NCBI GenBank assembly: GCA_022813865.1 | Contig: JALDZX010000009.1 | Coordinates: 62,001-126,000 of the forward strand | Source of the DNA: Xylographa opegraphella | Taxonomy: Eukaryota | Direction of reading: 5' to 3' | DNA: 64,000 nucleotides | Shown here: piece by piece, positions 36,295 through 49,152 of the stretch | How positions within the stretch are numbered: the first letter of the stretch is position 1 | How the letters are laid out: each line of letters opens with the position of its first letter | Position numbers and translations under genes: made by a program | The notes under the pieces: model-generated | Databases searched by the model: none | Told to the model about the DNA's origin: nothing | The model's input: only the letters and a program-made list of their open reading frames with translations

Positions 36295-36624
36295 GCAGTC
36301 ATGCCACTTCACTATACTGGATCAGACGAAGGCATTCTGGGTGTCAGCTTGTATAGTCTGCCAAGAAAGCTATCTGTACCGAAATTTCAACTGAATATGA
36401 AGTAGAGACCACGGAAAGGCTCAACCTTATAGAATTGATATTGGTCGCTCAGCTAAGTCGCTAGGGGCAATAATATAGCGAGCGGAAGCAGTGCCATAAT
36501 TTCGAGTCGATAATCCTTGGCAGCGGAATAGCTCAACCGAAACAAAGCCATTCCGGCCTCCAGTATTCTACAAAGTTGATGCAGATCCAACAGAATCATG
36601 AAGTGCAGCGCCCCACTAATATTG

Positions 36625-37434
36625 TCAGGATATTCCAATGACCATGAGTTCTTCCAGATACTCAGCAAACCCTTTCTCGATGCTAGCTGAGAAATTCATA
36701 AAGAATGCCATCGCATTAGATTGTGGTGGAGGACAATGCTCCAGGTGTGCTCTGATGTCCAAATTACGCAATCCTTTGATGCTGGCTATCTGTTTGACCC
36801 ACTCCATACCTTCGAACTCGATTATGTTATGGAAAGCGGATTTTTCGTACAAGTCTTCGGCTTCCCAGCGCATGGCGGGAATTCTCCCAATGATGCCAAG
36901 TCCGAGCTGTTCGAGCCTCATGTTAGAAGAGATGAACTGGCAGACATTGCGCCACTCCGCCCGATCGAATTCTTCGATATGAGGTAATGCTCTTTGGACG
37001 ATATTGATACGCTTGATCGCCAGACGAGCAGGCTGGGTGAGATCACACAGGAACGGAATAACACTTTCGACATCGATGTTGAAGTCAAAGATATTGGAAG
37101 AGTAGAGTACATAAGAAGCTTCGGAATGTATTCGTTTGTTGACACCTAGAATAGATACGTGCAAGCCGGGGTTGCTGATCAGACAATACGTTGTTTCAAT
37201 GCTGCAAGCTCGAAATCTGCCAGTCATTATCCTGTAGCTAGTTCGTCTGCGATTTGTCTCCTTGTTGGCTATGTATGCTTCTGGGCTCTCCGTTCGTAAG
37301 GAAAGGCTGTTCGTAGCATGACCAGCCAGCAATAGCTTATAAACTTCCAACCGAACCTCGGAAGGCAATGAAAAAAAGGAAGCTTTAGGCATGCTTTCAA
37401 AGTCCGAAAAGTTAGCTAGCGATACCTGAACCAT
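36625..37434 (-). CDS. Conserved fungal hypothetical protein with an F-box-like N-terminal motif
   Basis: 269-aa ORF; FFSLPSEVRLEVYKLLL and ILGVNKRIHSEASYVLYSSNIFDF pattern common in Pezizomycotina F-box-like proteins. Confidence 0.75.
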   Translation of the reverse strand: MVQVSLANFSDFESMPKASFFSLPSEVRLEVYKLLLAGHATNSLSLRTESPEAYIANKETNRRRTSYRIMTGRFRACSIETTYCLISNPGLHVSILGVNKRIHSEASYVLYSSNIFDFNIDVESVIPFLCDLTQPARLAIKRINIVQRALPHIEEFDRAEWRNVCQFISSNMRLEQLGLGIIGRIPAMRWEAEDLYEKSAFHNIIEFEGMEWVKQIASIKGLRNLDIRAHLEHCPPPQSNAMAFFMNFSASIEKGFAEYLEELMVIGIS

Positions 37435-38288
37435 ATCATGTTCGAAGATACTCCTTACGTGTAGTGTCCGTTATTAGTGGTACACAGTGTTATACACTGC
37501 TGGTTTCTTCCAGTCGCTAGAATTAAGAGAAGCGCTTCAGTCCTAATAAACGTGAACATCTAAGAGACCTAAAACTAGAGTCATCGTTTCATGGTATGTA
37601 CTCCTTGTGCGTAGCACCCTAATCCTAATACTTATGAAGATTATTGGTTTAACCGACGAAGGATACTATCTATAGTGGAAAGTCCTCATATAATTGTCAG
37701 AGTGTTCAAGTGCCACTCTTAAGCATGATGCGTGTCATTCATCAGTAACATCAGCAGTGGTCATTTTTCATTTTGGCGGATAGGTTTGGGAAGGTAACAC
37801 ATGATGACCAAGTACTTCCACATCTCTGCGAAATTCGCAAGTCACGTCATGCGACAGGCATGGCATTTGATCTAGCGGCCAGCATTCCGCGTGGAGTAAA
37901 CATTCATACTTCATAATCACGATAAAAGAAGAGAAACCATCATTTGCTATTGATGATTTGAATGAACGAGATGTTCTTGTCTAGTTTTAGCGCTAGGCGG
38001 CCAGCTTTCAGCCTTACCTGCCTCTCGGCACCGCTTAGTCAGATCTCTCCATTGGTTCAATCCAATCCCAGCCACTCAATTGTAAACTCTCTGGCTGACT
38101 ACCAGCCATCACATAATTCGTGTTATTGATAATAACAAGATCACATTTCCATGGCTTCATGTATCGTTTCACTGTCCATAATTTCGCTTCTTCCACGTTC
38201 TTGAAAAAGATACAACGTCTGTGTATTGCTTGTGTACAACAACAAGCAACTTTATTAATCACACTTTCCTCCATCACTGTTGTTAGCG

Positions 38289-38984
38289 ATGAAGCTCTTA
38301 TTTTCTTGCTCAATCTTGGTCATAGCATACTATCTCGTCCTTGCAAATTCTCTACCCTTCGTCTCACAAAACCGCGACAGAGTGCTGCCAAAGCAGAAGC
38401 GTGTGCCATACTCAGTGGTGCCTGTGGACGGCGGGTCCACAGTCACTGCCACTCAGGCTCCAGCTACTGTCACGAGAACTGTAACACAAAGCTCAGAAAG
38501 TATTGAAACTATCACAGTATCGAAGAGTGTGTTCGACACATTGACACAGACCATCATGTCGACTGTAGTGATCCACGAACCTGCTATGGCAACGACAGTG
38601 TTGCTGACCATCGCCTCAACGGTCACGCCATCAATACCAATCGTCAATCCTTCACAGCCAACCGAGACAGTCGTGATCCCTGTTGTGCCTGGACCTGGCT
38701 CACTTCCACTTTCCTCTTCAATCTCAGTATTCTCCACCTCAACATCCACGAAATCCAAAGATTTCGGATCCCTCATCACCGCTAGTACGACATCGATCAC
38801 ACCATCCGTCTCTTCGCTGCGAGCTTCAGCAACTACAAACACCACTCTCAGTCAATCTCAACCTACAATCACTTCTACGACTTATGATAATGGTCAATGG
38901 CATACGACTTATCCGTGTTGGAATGCGACGTCAACTGCAACGCTACCAACGGGTACCTTACTGGCGAGAGAATATGCGCACTGA
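38289..38984 (+). CDS. Secreted Ser/Thr-rich protein
   Basis: Signal peptide MKLLFSCSILVIAYYLVLA, KR site followed by VPYSVVPVDGG, S/T-rich body, aromatic motif YDNGQWHTTYPCWN. Confidence 0.8.
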   Translation: MKLLFSCSILVIAYYLVLANSLPFVSQNRDRVLPKQKRVPYSVVPVDGGSTVTATQAPATVTRTVTQSSESIETITVSKSVFDTLTQTIMSTVVIHEPAMATTVLLTIASTVTPSIPIVNPSQPTETVVIPVVPGPGSLPLSSSISVFSTSTSTKSKDFGSLITASTTSITPSVSSLRASATTNTTLSQSQPTITSTTYDNGQWHTTYPCWNATSTATLPTGTLLAREYAH

Positions 38985-39743
38985 GAAGGACATCGTGTGG
39001 ACGACAATGACCAGTTATCACCATCAAGGTAACTTGAAGTACGTACTTCTGTCGCTGGCAGGAACCAATCCAATATCTGTCTACCCGTCTGTAAATGGAA
39101 GCAGCTGTTAAAGATATGTATCACAACGATTGGGTGTCATAGACGACAGAACGGGTTTGCCAGTAAGAGGTAACGAGTGGGACGCGAGATGATGCACAAG
39201 TGCTTTACCTCACCAGTACAAATGAACGGCTAAGCGCTTGAGCATTCTGCAACCATACATGCTACGCAGAGTTACGATGTTCCGAAGGAAACAAAAGGTG
39301 ATGCATAGCGTAGGCGCATTGGATATCAATAGAGATAGACTCGGCTTTTGTTCATGGTCTTGAGTTGCGGATATCTAGCCGATATTCGCCATCAATAGCC
39401 AAAAATAGATATAAAGCACTCATACGAACTCTGATTTGCAACTATCTGTATTCGAAAATGGTCTCGAGACTTGGTCACGGCAGTCGACCTCCAACAGAAT
39501 GCATATGATTGGTCGTTGATATTGTAGAAGACCCATTCAGTAGAGTTCGTAGGCCTGAGATAGGAGGGTAGGTACCTTAGATAGCGCGGCGGAGAAATAT
39601 TGATCCTGGTCGGCAGCCACTCATTGGCCCCTACGAAATGGTCTTCAAACATTGACAGGAAGAAAAAGTATTACCAGCGTCAGCTATCAATACATAGTGG
39701 CACGGGTCAAGAGCAAAGGGCTGAGCTCCCGGTCGAACAATTA

Positions 39744-42726
39744 ATGGCCGACAGCATGGCGTCCCCACCGGCTATTGAAGACCAGGGTCGGCTGCTCGAG
39801 GACGCTCTTGGGCAAGTGCGTCAGCAAACGCAGATGATGCGCAGATTATTGGAGACTCCCGGGAAGCTCATGGATGCGTTGAAGTGCAGGTTCGTGAACT
39901 ACTTCATGGTTCTTGGGCTGCTTCTATGATGAGTCGTGCTTCGCTGATATACGTATGCGCAGCTCCACCCTTGTTTCCGAGCTGCGAACGCAATCCCTGG
40001 GTCCAAAGCAGTATTATGAATTATACATGGCCGTCTTCGATGCGTTAAGACATCTCTCGGTTTATCTCCGAGAGTCACACCCTGTGAACCACCTTGCAGA
40101 CCTCTACGAGCTTGTACAATATGCTGGAAACATTGTCCCAAGATTATACCTTATGATTACTGTAGGTACTGTGTACATGGCAATCGAGGATGCACCGGTC
40201 AAGGAAATTATGAAAGATATGATGGAAATGAGTAGAGGTGTACAGCATCCCATTAGGGGCTTGTTCCTACGATACTATCTCTCTGGTCAAGCGCGCGATT
40301 CATTGCCTACCGGGACTGGAGATGGCCCCGAGGGCAACATTCAGGACTCAATCAGCTTCATATTGACGAACTTTGTGGAAATGAATAAATTGTGGGTAAG
40401 GTTACAACACCAAGGACACTCAAGAGAAAGAGAGCAAAGGACAAAGGAACGCCAGGAGCTACAGTTGCTGGTTGGTAGCAATCTCGTCAGACTGAGCCAA
40501 TTGGTAGATCTCGAGGCATACAAAACGGTTATTCTACAGCCGCTACTGGAGCAAGTCGTGCAATGCAGAGATGTACTTGCTCAGGAATACCTCCTCGAAG
40601 GTAAGTACAACAATTCGCGACGCTGTATTGTACTGAATATTTTGAATTAGTCATCACACAAGTATTTCCTGATGAATTTCATCTCAATACCCTCGATCAG
40701 CTTCTCCCTGCAATTGCACGTCTCAATCCACACGTCAACATCAAAGCTATTGTGATTGGCTTGATGAATCGCTTGTCGACATATGCCGAGCGAGAATCGG
40801 AATCAGAACCTCCGGAAGATCGGAAACGGTCCGAAGAAGAAGCTACGGTTCGACTCTTAGAGAAATTGAAGATATCAAAGGAGAACAAACCAGCGGAAGC
40901 CGAGGACAACAAAACCAAAACCGAGCATACGAACGGTGACATAGCTAATGGGGACAACCCTTCGAAGGTCACATTACCTGTCAACGAGAACATAGAGGCC
41001 ACGGAGGACAAAAATGTGAAAAGTATTACTGAGGATGATGTAGATACTACGACTCCTAGGAAAAATAGGGGGATACCGGAAGATGTCAAACTCTATGAAA
41101 TTTTCTATGGGCAAGTCACGCATCTGGTCCAGGCACAAAGACTGCCTATACAAGATACTATTGCGTTACTTGTTTCGTTATCAAACCTTGCTCTGTAAGC
41201 GAAATGGGAGCCTCTGCATATACCTTCTCGCTAATTCCTGCACAGTAATGTTTATCCTGATCGACTTGGTTAGTCTCCTTAAGAATTCTAACCTTTTTTG
41301 AGCTAAACTAACAGCATAATAGACTACATTGATCAAGTTCTCTCATATGCAAATGAAAAAGTTAATCAATACGCCAACAGCGCAGATCTACATTCCGCTC
41401 CTACGCAGTCCAACATTCTCGGTCTCCTTCTTGCTCCAGTCAAGGTCTATTTCTCGTTGTTCACCGCACTAGCACTTCCTAACTATATTCCATTACTACA
41501 TGCTCAAACTTATCCAACACGGAGAGCTGTTGCAGGAGAAGTTGCGAAGAGCATCCTTCGAAATCAAACCAAGATCTCAACTACGGAGAATCTGGAAGGT
41601 GTGCTTGAAATCCTACGTGTCCTGGTAAAGGAAGGTGTGCAGCAGCCGGGAGGTTATCCAGGCGTCCCCAGTCAACGTAGAGGAGTGGAGACGGAAGAGA
41701 CCATAGAGGAACAAGGCTGGCTCGCACGTATAGTCCACCTCATTCAAAGCCCAGATAACGACACTCAATCTAAGCTGCTCCAAATATCTCGAAAGGCATT
41801 TGCTGATGGTAATGAGCGAATCAAATATACAACACCAGCGCTCCTTACTTCTGCGATAAAACTAGCACGAAAGTACAAGAGTCGTGAGCATTACGAAGAT
41901 AACTGGGAGTCCCAACTGTCCGCTTTGTACAAATTCATGCACAACTCTATCTCCGCCCTATATACTCGCGTTAATGGAGCCGCTGACCTGTGTCTCCGTC
42001 TTTTCATCGTTTGTGGTCAAATAGCTGATCAGACAGGAACCGAAGAAGTGGCCTATGAGTTTTTTGCACAGGCATTCACGATTTATGAAGAAGCTATCAG
42101 CGATTCGAGGGCGCAATACCAAGCTGTGTGTGTCATCGCCGGTGCATTGCATGGCACAAGAGGTTTCACCAAGGAAAACTACGATACCTTGATCACCAAA
42201 TGCGCATTACATGGTAGTAAGCTACTAAAGAAACCAGATCAATGCCGCGCCGTATATCTAGCAAGCCATCTTTGGTGGGCAATTGAAAATCCTGCAAGGG
42301 ACGGAGAAGATCCTACCACTGTAGGTTCTAAAGTTCTCCACAATGAGGTAATCTAACCTCAAAACAGCTTTATCGAGACGGCAAACGTGTTCTGGAGTGT
42401 CTCCAGCGAGCACTTCGTGTGGCCGATGCATGTATGGACTCTGCAGTGTCGGTGGAGTTATTTGTCGAGATACTCAACAGATATGTATATTATTTTGACC
42501 AACAAAATGAGCAGGTAAACCATCCAGTCGGTATTGCTCACACCAGTTGTCTAACGATATATAGGTTACTATTAAGTACGTCAACGGGCTGATCGAGCTC
42601 ATTCATTCCAACCTTCAGACCAACCAGGAGAGTTCGTCCCTAGAGAGTCCAAAGAGACATTTCCAGAGGACACTGGATTACATAGCATCAAGAGAGTATG
42701 AAGGTATTGTAACACAACCAAAGTGA
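39744..42726 (+). CDS. VPS35: Retromer subunit Vps35, 7 exons (start 39744 or 39756)
   Basis: [83 protein letters not shown]. Six GT-AG introns, including a ~23-nt microexon near 41246-41268. Confidence 0.97.
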
Positions 42727-43687
42727 AGAGGCATGGCTGATGGCACGTGTTCAAATCTAATATGGCGTCTTGGAGGCTGTTTCCATGAAACTAGGACACG
42801 TCGAGACTATTCTTCTGACCCCCGGAAGATAGTTGACAATCAATTTTTGAGTCTCAGATGTGTAGATAGGCTTGCAGTCGAAGTGAGGTTAAAACTCAAA
42901 TATTAACGTGCCTCGAAATGGATGACAAATTCCACATACGAAAAGTGAAGCCGTTTCTGGAAATTTACTAGTCCGTATTAGGATTAAGGCCTCATTTCGC
43001 ACAGCCTTCTTGCCATTTGTTGCTCAAGGCCGCAATCTCTTTCTCTTCTTTACACCACGACACACTTTGCAACAGACAAGTTGAATCATCGTAACAACAT
43101 TCTCAAAGTTGCCGGCAACTTTCCTACGACTGATTCACTTGTCGCTGACCATCTGTGAGAATCTGAGATCACTTAGAGTCTCATCGGACGCCTTAACTGG
43201 TTTCACGGTCGGAATCTGCAAATCGCCTCACTTTCGTGTCAACTACACTGGAGATTTCGATATCTACACCATCAAGAAACATCCGATTCCTCTTCGATCA
43301 GGAATTCTTGATAGGTACATTTACCAGTGTCTCTGTGATGTCCTCATACTACTCTTGTCCAGCGGGTTGAGCTGGCTCCAACCCATTAGATAGATTAGCA
43401 TAGAATTTCCATCGAGCGTCGCTATTACTTCTTCGCTGCATGCTGGGCACTGTTTCAAATATTCAGACCTGTCTAACATCGAAAGTTGTGTATAGTGGCC
43501 GTTTCGGAAACGTACGACAATTCAACAGGATTATCTACGCATCTTGAAACGATCCCTAGAAGTCGTCAAACTGTATTCCCCACTGTTTATTCGGTGCTGC
43601 GCCTCCAACTACAACCTGAAAGTGACCGCTCGAGGTCTTAAAAAGAGATCGAAGGAGCGATTCGAAGCGCAGCGTCGGTCTCATAAG

Positions 43688-44853
43688 ATGGCGGTGGGCC
43701 TAGATAAGGTACTGCCACAGTGTTCTTTTATAGGCCTGGCTCACATGTCGAAGCCTGATAGGGTCGAAGAACCATGGCGAGAGAATCTCAATCTGCAGAT
43801 AATCTGCAAAGATTGCAAAGAAATTCCACCTAATATCACCGAAGAATTCTCCTCTGGTGACATGGTATGCAACACATGTGGCTTGGTACTTGGGGACCGC
43901 ATTGTAGATACACGCTCAGAATGGCGAACTTTCTCAAATGACGACCAGAACAATGACGATCCTTCTCGCGTTGGAGATGCGGCGAATCCATTACTGAATG
44001 GTTCTCAACTCCAGACAAGTATTGCTTTTGGTGATGGGGGAGCCAAAGCTCGCGAGCTGCACCGTGCTCAGAACAAGGTCACTCACGACAAAGGAACAAA
44101 AACTCTTCTTGCGGCCTACAAAGAGATTGGAGCCTTGTGTGATGCATGGCATATCCCCAAAAATGTGTCTGATACTGCTAAACATCTGTTCAAAATGGTT
44201 AATGACGCTGGTGCCTTCCGAGGTAAATCGCAAGATGTTGTCATTGCTGGCTGCATCTTCATTGCTTGTCGCCAATGTCATGTGCCTCGAACATTTCGGG
44301 AGATCTTTGCGCTCACCAAAGTCTCTAAAAAAGAAATAGGGAGAATATTTAAATCTCTAGAGAAGTTCTTCGCCGCTCAAAATCAAGCAAAGGCAGATAC
44401 TGTTCTGCAAGCTGGTGGTAAGTTTGGACTGGTACATCCAGTCATTGCAGTACACATGCTAATCATATTTACCAAAAAGGAATCGTTAATCCAAACGATT
44501 CCTACAATACCACCACCTCAACTAATGCGCATGAGCTCTGTATTCGTTACTGCAGCCAGCTCAGTCTCAACCAGAAGACCACTATGGTATCCCAACAGCT
44601 TGCAGACAAGATGTCCACTGTCGGTGCACTTGCCGGGCGTTCGCCGCTTTCTGCAGCAGCCGCCTGCATTTACTTTGCATCACACCTTATGGGATATCCT
44701 AGGACTGCGAAGGAAATCTCGCTAGTGGCTGGTGTGAGCGACGGTACTATTCGTACTTCTTACAAACTTCTTGAAGTCGAGAAAGATAAACTCATCGATC
44801 CAGCGTGGCTCCAAGTGGAGAAGGCAGATATCAACAATCTACCAAAGGTCTAG
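43688..44853 (+). CDS. SUA7: General transcription factor TFIIB (start 43688 or 43745), 2 coding exons
   Basis: Zn ribbon CKDC...GDMVCNTCGLVL, B-reader IVDTRSEWRTFSNDD...DPSRVG, cyclin repeats (IACRQ..VPRTFREI; GRSPLSAAAACIY; VSDGTIRTSYK). Intron ~44418-44479. Confidence 0.97.
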
Positions 44854-45680
44854 AAGGCCTTCATCACCCAGGACGACTTCAATATCATGTTGTCCATGAA
44901 GTCTTATTTGGACTGATCATTCTCTTCATAATCTTTTATTAGATTTGCAAGTGCATGAGTTGCACTTATTAATGTAATACCAAAAAAAAACAGCGCGGGT
45001 TGGTGAATCTGCTAGCCGCGGCGTTATAGCTGTAGGCTTATGAGCAGGTGACACTTTTATGGAGGCGTATTTGCTTTCGATGGGATACCCAAAGATTGTT
45101 CTCAAGAGGGTTGCATACTGTGGGCATATTGATACGGCACCGGATACCATAGCAGATGGCTTCTGATACGAAGCGTGTCCGACAGGATCTGAATAGCTTC
45201 TAATGTATCATAGATTGAATAGAATACTTGCTTGACTTGTGCATGTTGTATCTGTGCTTGTATAAATGTCCTTGTGCCAGTGTCACATCCGCTCATCCTG
45301 TATGGTTCAATCTCGAGTAAACTGTTTCAGAAATCAGTTGCCGGACGTCCCTTAGAGACAGCTATATGTGCGATGGTAAGGACTGTTGACTGCTCGGAAG
45401 AATTGAGTAGAATTATATCAGCAAGATCAATTACCGTTGTATAGCACATGCTTAGCTACTTGGTGACAGCGCAGTCAAGAAACTGACTGATGCAGTATAT
45501 TACAGTATGCCATGACATTTTGACTGCACCCTCATAACAGCTTCTGACACAGGATCCCAAGCTCATTGCCAGAATCTATATAATAAGCATAACTATTGTC
45601 AACACGGCGGGGAGGTGGATCCTGCACACAATTTGCAAATTCTAACATACACCCATACCGTTTCACAATGCCTCCCATTC

Positions 45681-46170
45681 TCAATGACTTGCCTTCGGCG
45701 GGTTGTGCTCATCCACATCCTCCTCGTCATCCTCGAACCAATCCTCATCCACGGCAGCCGTCTCTCCCTGCGGCGCCTGTCCCTCCACTTCCACCGTCTG
45801 CGTCTCGTACGCCTTCAGGTCGTTCGCCATATCCCCCTCTTCCGGCGACTTGGGCGGCTTGGGCGCAGAGAAGGTCATGACGTGGCCGTCGGCATCGGAT
45901 GCTTTGACGGGTGTGGGCTTGTATGCTTTGAGCTCGCGCAGGTAGAGGTCTTGCACCAAGTCGGCTGGCCAGAGTGTCAGTAGGTTGAAGAGGAAGTAGA
46001 GGGGATATCAGGTTCACCTTGTCGGACGGCGGTAGGTTTTATGAATGTTCGCACTTGGGCCCCTTGACGGCGAGTGAGCCGCGCGAAGGTTGCGGGCTGT
46101 GGTAACTTAGCTGTGGATTTTCAATTGATTGACGGTTGGCACTTACGGAGGGTCTGAGTGAGCGTAGCAT
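45681..46170 (-). CDS. ATP14: Mitochondrial ATP synthase subunit h, 3 exons
   Basis: Arg-rich presequence (MLRSLRPS...VRTFIKPTAVRQ), then ADLVQDLYLRELKAYKP...F..PKPPKSPEE...LKAYE...EDWFE. Confidence 0.93.
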
Positions 46171-46329
46171 TGCGATGAGAAGGTGTACTACCGGACTAGA
46201 GCAACGGTTTGTCGTGATGAGGGTGCTGTCGGGACTTTGACGTTTTGAAGAAGGGTCTTGTTAGGTGAAAAGAATACAAATCTACCCCGTACTCAATCAC
46301 GATGGCCGCTTTAACGGGTATACTCGAAT

Positions 46330-46364
46330 GGTATTATATTACCCTACTCTGGTAATATAATACC
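46330..46364. repeat. Perfect 14-bp inverted repeat with 7-nt spacer
   Basis: GGTATTATATTACC-ctactct-GGTAATATAATACC. Confidence 0.9.
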
Positions 46365-46664
46365 TCAATACGAATAAGCAAAAACAAAATTACGTTTAAT
46401 TTACTTTATTTTATTATCTTTGTTGGAACGGGAGTTTATATACGCAGGTGTCGACGACCGACTGCAGACATGAGACTGGTGATCTAGGACTGCCCATTTT
46501 TGCCCTTCGCCATGCAAAGACTTGCATTATAAGGTGCGCGATTACAGCAGCATTCGAAATCAGCTGTATAGCCGAACTCTCAATGATTATTGTAGATTCT
46601 ATCCTTATTCACAGACACCCTCCACTACATTTATAAACGCCCTGACCTCAGGCAACGCAGACAA

Positions 46665-47159
46665 ATGACTTCCTTGTTCTCCAGCCCTCCCGTTCCTTCT
46701 GAGCTCGATGACGAGGTTGACGAGGCCTATCTCCCTGTCGGACACATATGGGCTTACCCATGCAAGCTCCCTTCGTGCCCTGACTACGGCAAGTCCTGGC
46801 AATTACGAAGCAACTTTCTCCTTCATTTGCAAGAGCAAGATGCACATCGGACCTCATCAACGACATCTGCCGCACGTCGTGCAATCGAGATAGATTGGCG
46901 GTATACTACCGATCCTTATCTACCACCTCGGGCGGCCCCGGATTTTCGTTCCCGGGAGGCTTCTGACGAGCATGTCTGGGTCTACAGCTTCAAAGATGGC
47001 GATGGCAAGGTGGTAGCTGACATGGGCACAATGAAGCAAATGGAAATGCACAGGACCTCACTAAGCCTACAAGCAGAAAGAAAAACGGAAGCTCGTCGCT
47101 ACATGAATGCGCTATATCGTATTGCGAATCTGTTCGCCGTGATTGTACACAGATACTAA
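46665..47159 (+). CDS. Hypothetical protein with a degenerate C2H2-like zinc finger
   Basis: 164-aa ORF; YPCKLPSC...W..RSNFLLHLQEQDAH; TATAAA near 46633. Confidence 0.6.
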   Translation: MTSLFSSPPVPSELDDEVDEAYLPVGHIWAYPCKLPSCPDYGKSWQLRSNFLLHLQEQDAHRTSSTTSAARRAIEIDWRYTTDPYLPPRAAPDFRSREASDEHVWVYSFKDGDGKVVADMGTMKQMEMHRTSLSLQAERKTEARRYMNALYRIANLFAVIVHRY

Positions 47160-47519
47160 GCTTTATTGATGAGACTTGAGTTTAAGTCTACTGGAATGAG
47201 TGTTTAAAAGGTTACAGTAGCGTTGGGCAATAGCATGTTGAAATTTTGCATTATTCCAGCTCATCTGTTCAGACACTAGAATGGTGGAAATGGCCTCTGG
47301 CAATTGCCTTTCGAACACCCACAGTGGTGAAATTCTCTTCCAAGGATCCCGAAAGATTCGCTTCGACAAAGCCCAACCCAATGCATGTTAAAGTTCTTCA
47401 CACTTTCTCAATCGGGTTGAAGTCGAGCGAGTACGGTTGCTGCGGCAGCAAACCGGCTATAACGCAGACCTATGCAGCTCTCCTGTTTCGGTGGTTGATC
47501 AATTTTTCTCAAGCACAAA

Positions 47520-48735
47520 TCAACTGGCTTCTCCCTCAGATGTTGAACCCGTTTTGTATGAAGAATCGTCCCTCGTTGTTTGATTTGCCGCTTTACTCTT
47601 GTCCGCGCGAAAGCGTTTCTCATCTCTTTAAGTGAGCGTCTTTAGTGGCGAGGATTCCCTGCGCCGCATTCTTGTCCACGGCTTATTAGTTGTGATGTTG
47701 CCAGTCTGCTGCCCAACAACGGACGCTGCATCCTCCGTGTCCTCAAGAAGCGAATGTAATTTGCTGGCAGGCAGGATAATCGGATCGCGTAGATCAGCCC
47801 GGCCAAGGATCCCGTGGCGAAGTCTCGAAAGCGTAGTCGAAGGCCTCCTGTACGAGATGGGCTTGGGTTGCCATTGGTATCACGGAAAAACTGCAACGGG
47901 TAAGCATAAAATGTAGATTTAAATGGTATTTGCGAACCTGGTTCGCGACGATTAATTCGGCGACTACTTTTTTCTCCCCAGCTTCATTCGTGATAATGTT
48001 CGGCCGCCAAACAGACAACGTTGCCTTCTTGCCAGTTTTATATTCGATATCTAAGCCCACAACCACCCGAATATCGCTATCTGATCCGAGGATATAATCG
48101 TCCGCAAGGCGCTCGAGGTCCTTTCTCATCTGCGGATACGACACCTCGATCACGACTCCTGGAAATTGGGCCTTCGAGTGGCGGAACTGCGCATCATGAT
48201 CGTGCTTGCCGTACTCTTCGTCTTTAAATTTGATCGATGCCGATCCTCCAGACCTGATAACGTTTGCAAACTCTGCTGACCTGTCTTGAATAGACCTCAA
48301 TTGGACTTATATCTCCTTGACAATGCTTGTGATAAATTCTTCGTGCAGAGTGGTGGGCATTCGAATGACAAGTCGACTGGTAAAATCGAAATAGTCATAT
48401 CTGCGTGCAGAGTTAGCTAAGTATTAGAATCGGATATAAAGGCCTAATCAAGGTTCTTCATACCGAAGTCTATGTTGTGCAAACCCACAGAGAGACTCGT
48501 CTCTTTCAAGTTCGTGTCACAGCTCCTGGTACGGAGGGTACCCTTTCAGGTTTCACGAATAGACGACCCACGGCGTAGTCGTCAAGTCGCGTCCCTCCCG
48601 CCGATTCATAATCTCGTCTACAATACGCGAGACCAAATTAAGGCTCTTTTCATCTGTTGGAGGAGGGGTCAGAGGAGGGTTCGTGAAGCTTTCTACAGGC
48701 GTAGCGTGTTGACGGGAGTTGGGTTGAATGCTCAT
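47520..48735 (-). pseudogene. Pseudogene of a fungal PD-(D/E)xK / Uma2-like nuclease-fold family
   Basis: Spliced frame gives PPLTPP, LRYDYF..RLVIRMPTTLHE, DAQFRH..FPGVVIEVSY, LADDYILGSD..IRVVVGLDIEY. It carries in-frame stops at 48553-55, 48517-19 and 48307-09 and apparent 3' frameshifts. Confidence 0.7.
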
Positions 48736-49152
48736 GATATTGTAGCTACGTATGTAGCAAGGGGCGAATGAAGATATAACGGGTAGATCTTGTTGATAGT
48801 GGTAGCATCACAGTATTGGCTTGCGAGATTTTATTGTTGATAAGTCGGCGTTCTCCGGTCGGTTTGATAACATGCGCGAGCCTCAGGCACAGATCTAGGT
48901 CTGGCTATATGCGGGTCCTCCCCTTCAACCCCCTTCCAGAAAAATATTGAAAGTGTAGGTAGCTTAACGACTGATAAACCAGGAGGTATCCAAACCTTGG
49001 CACGCTAGTTCGAGCTTTCGTGCCGGCGATTCCTCCTCGCTCCAATAATGATCATGCCAACGCTATACAATCATTAAGATGGCTGACTGTAGGTATTTCT
49101 TCTGAACTGGCTCGATCAAACGCTCTAAGTATCATGAACAGCAACATCACCG

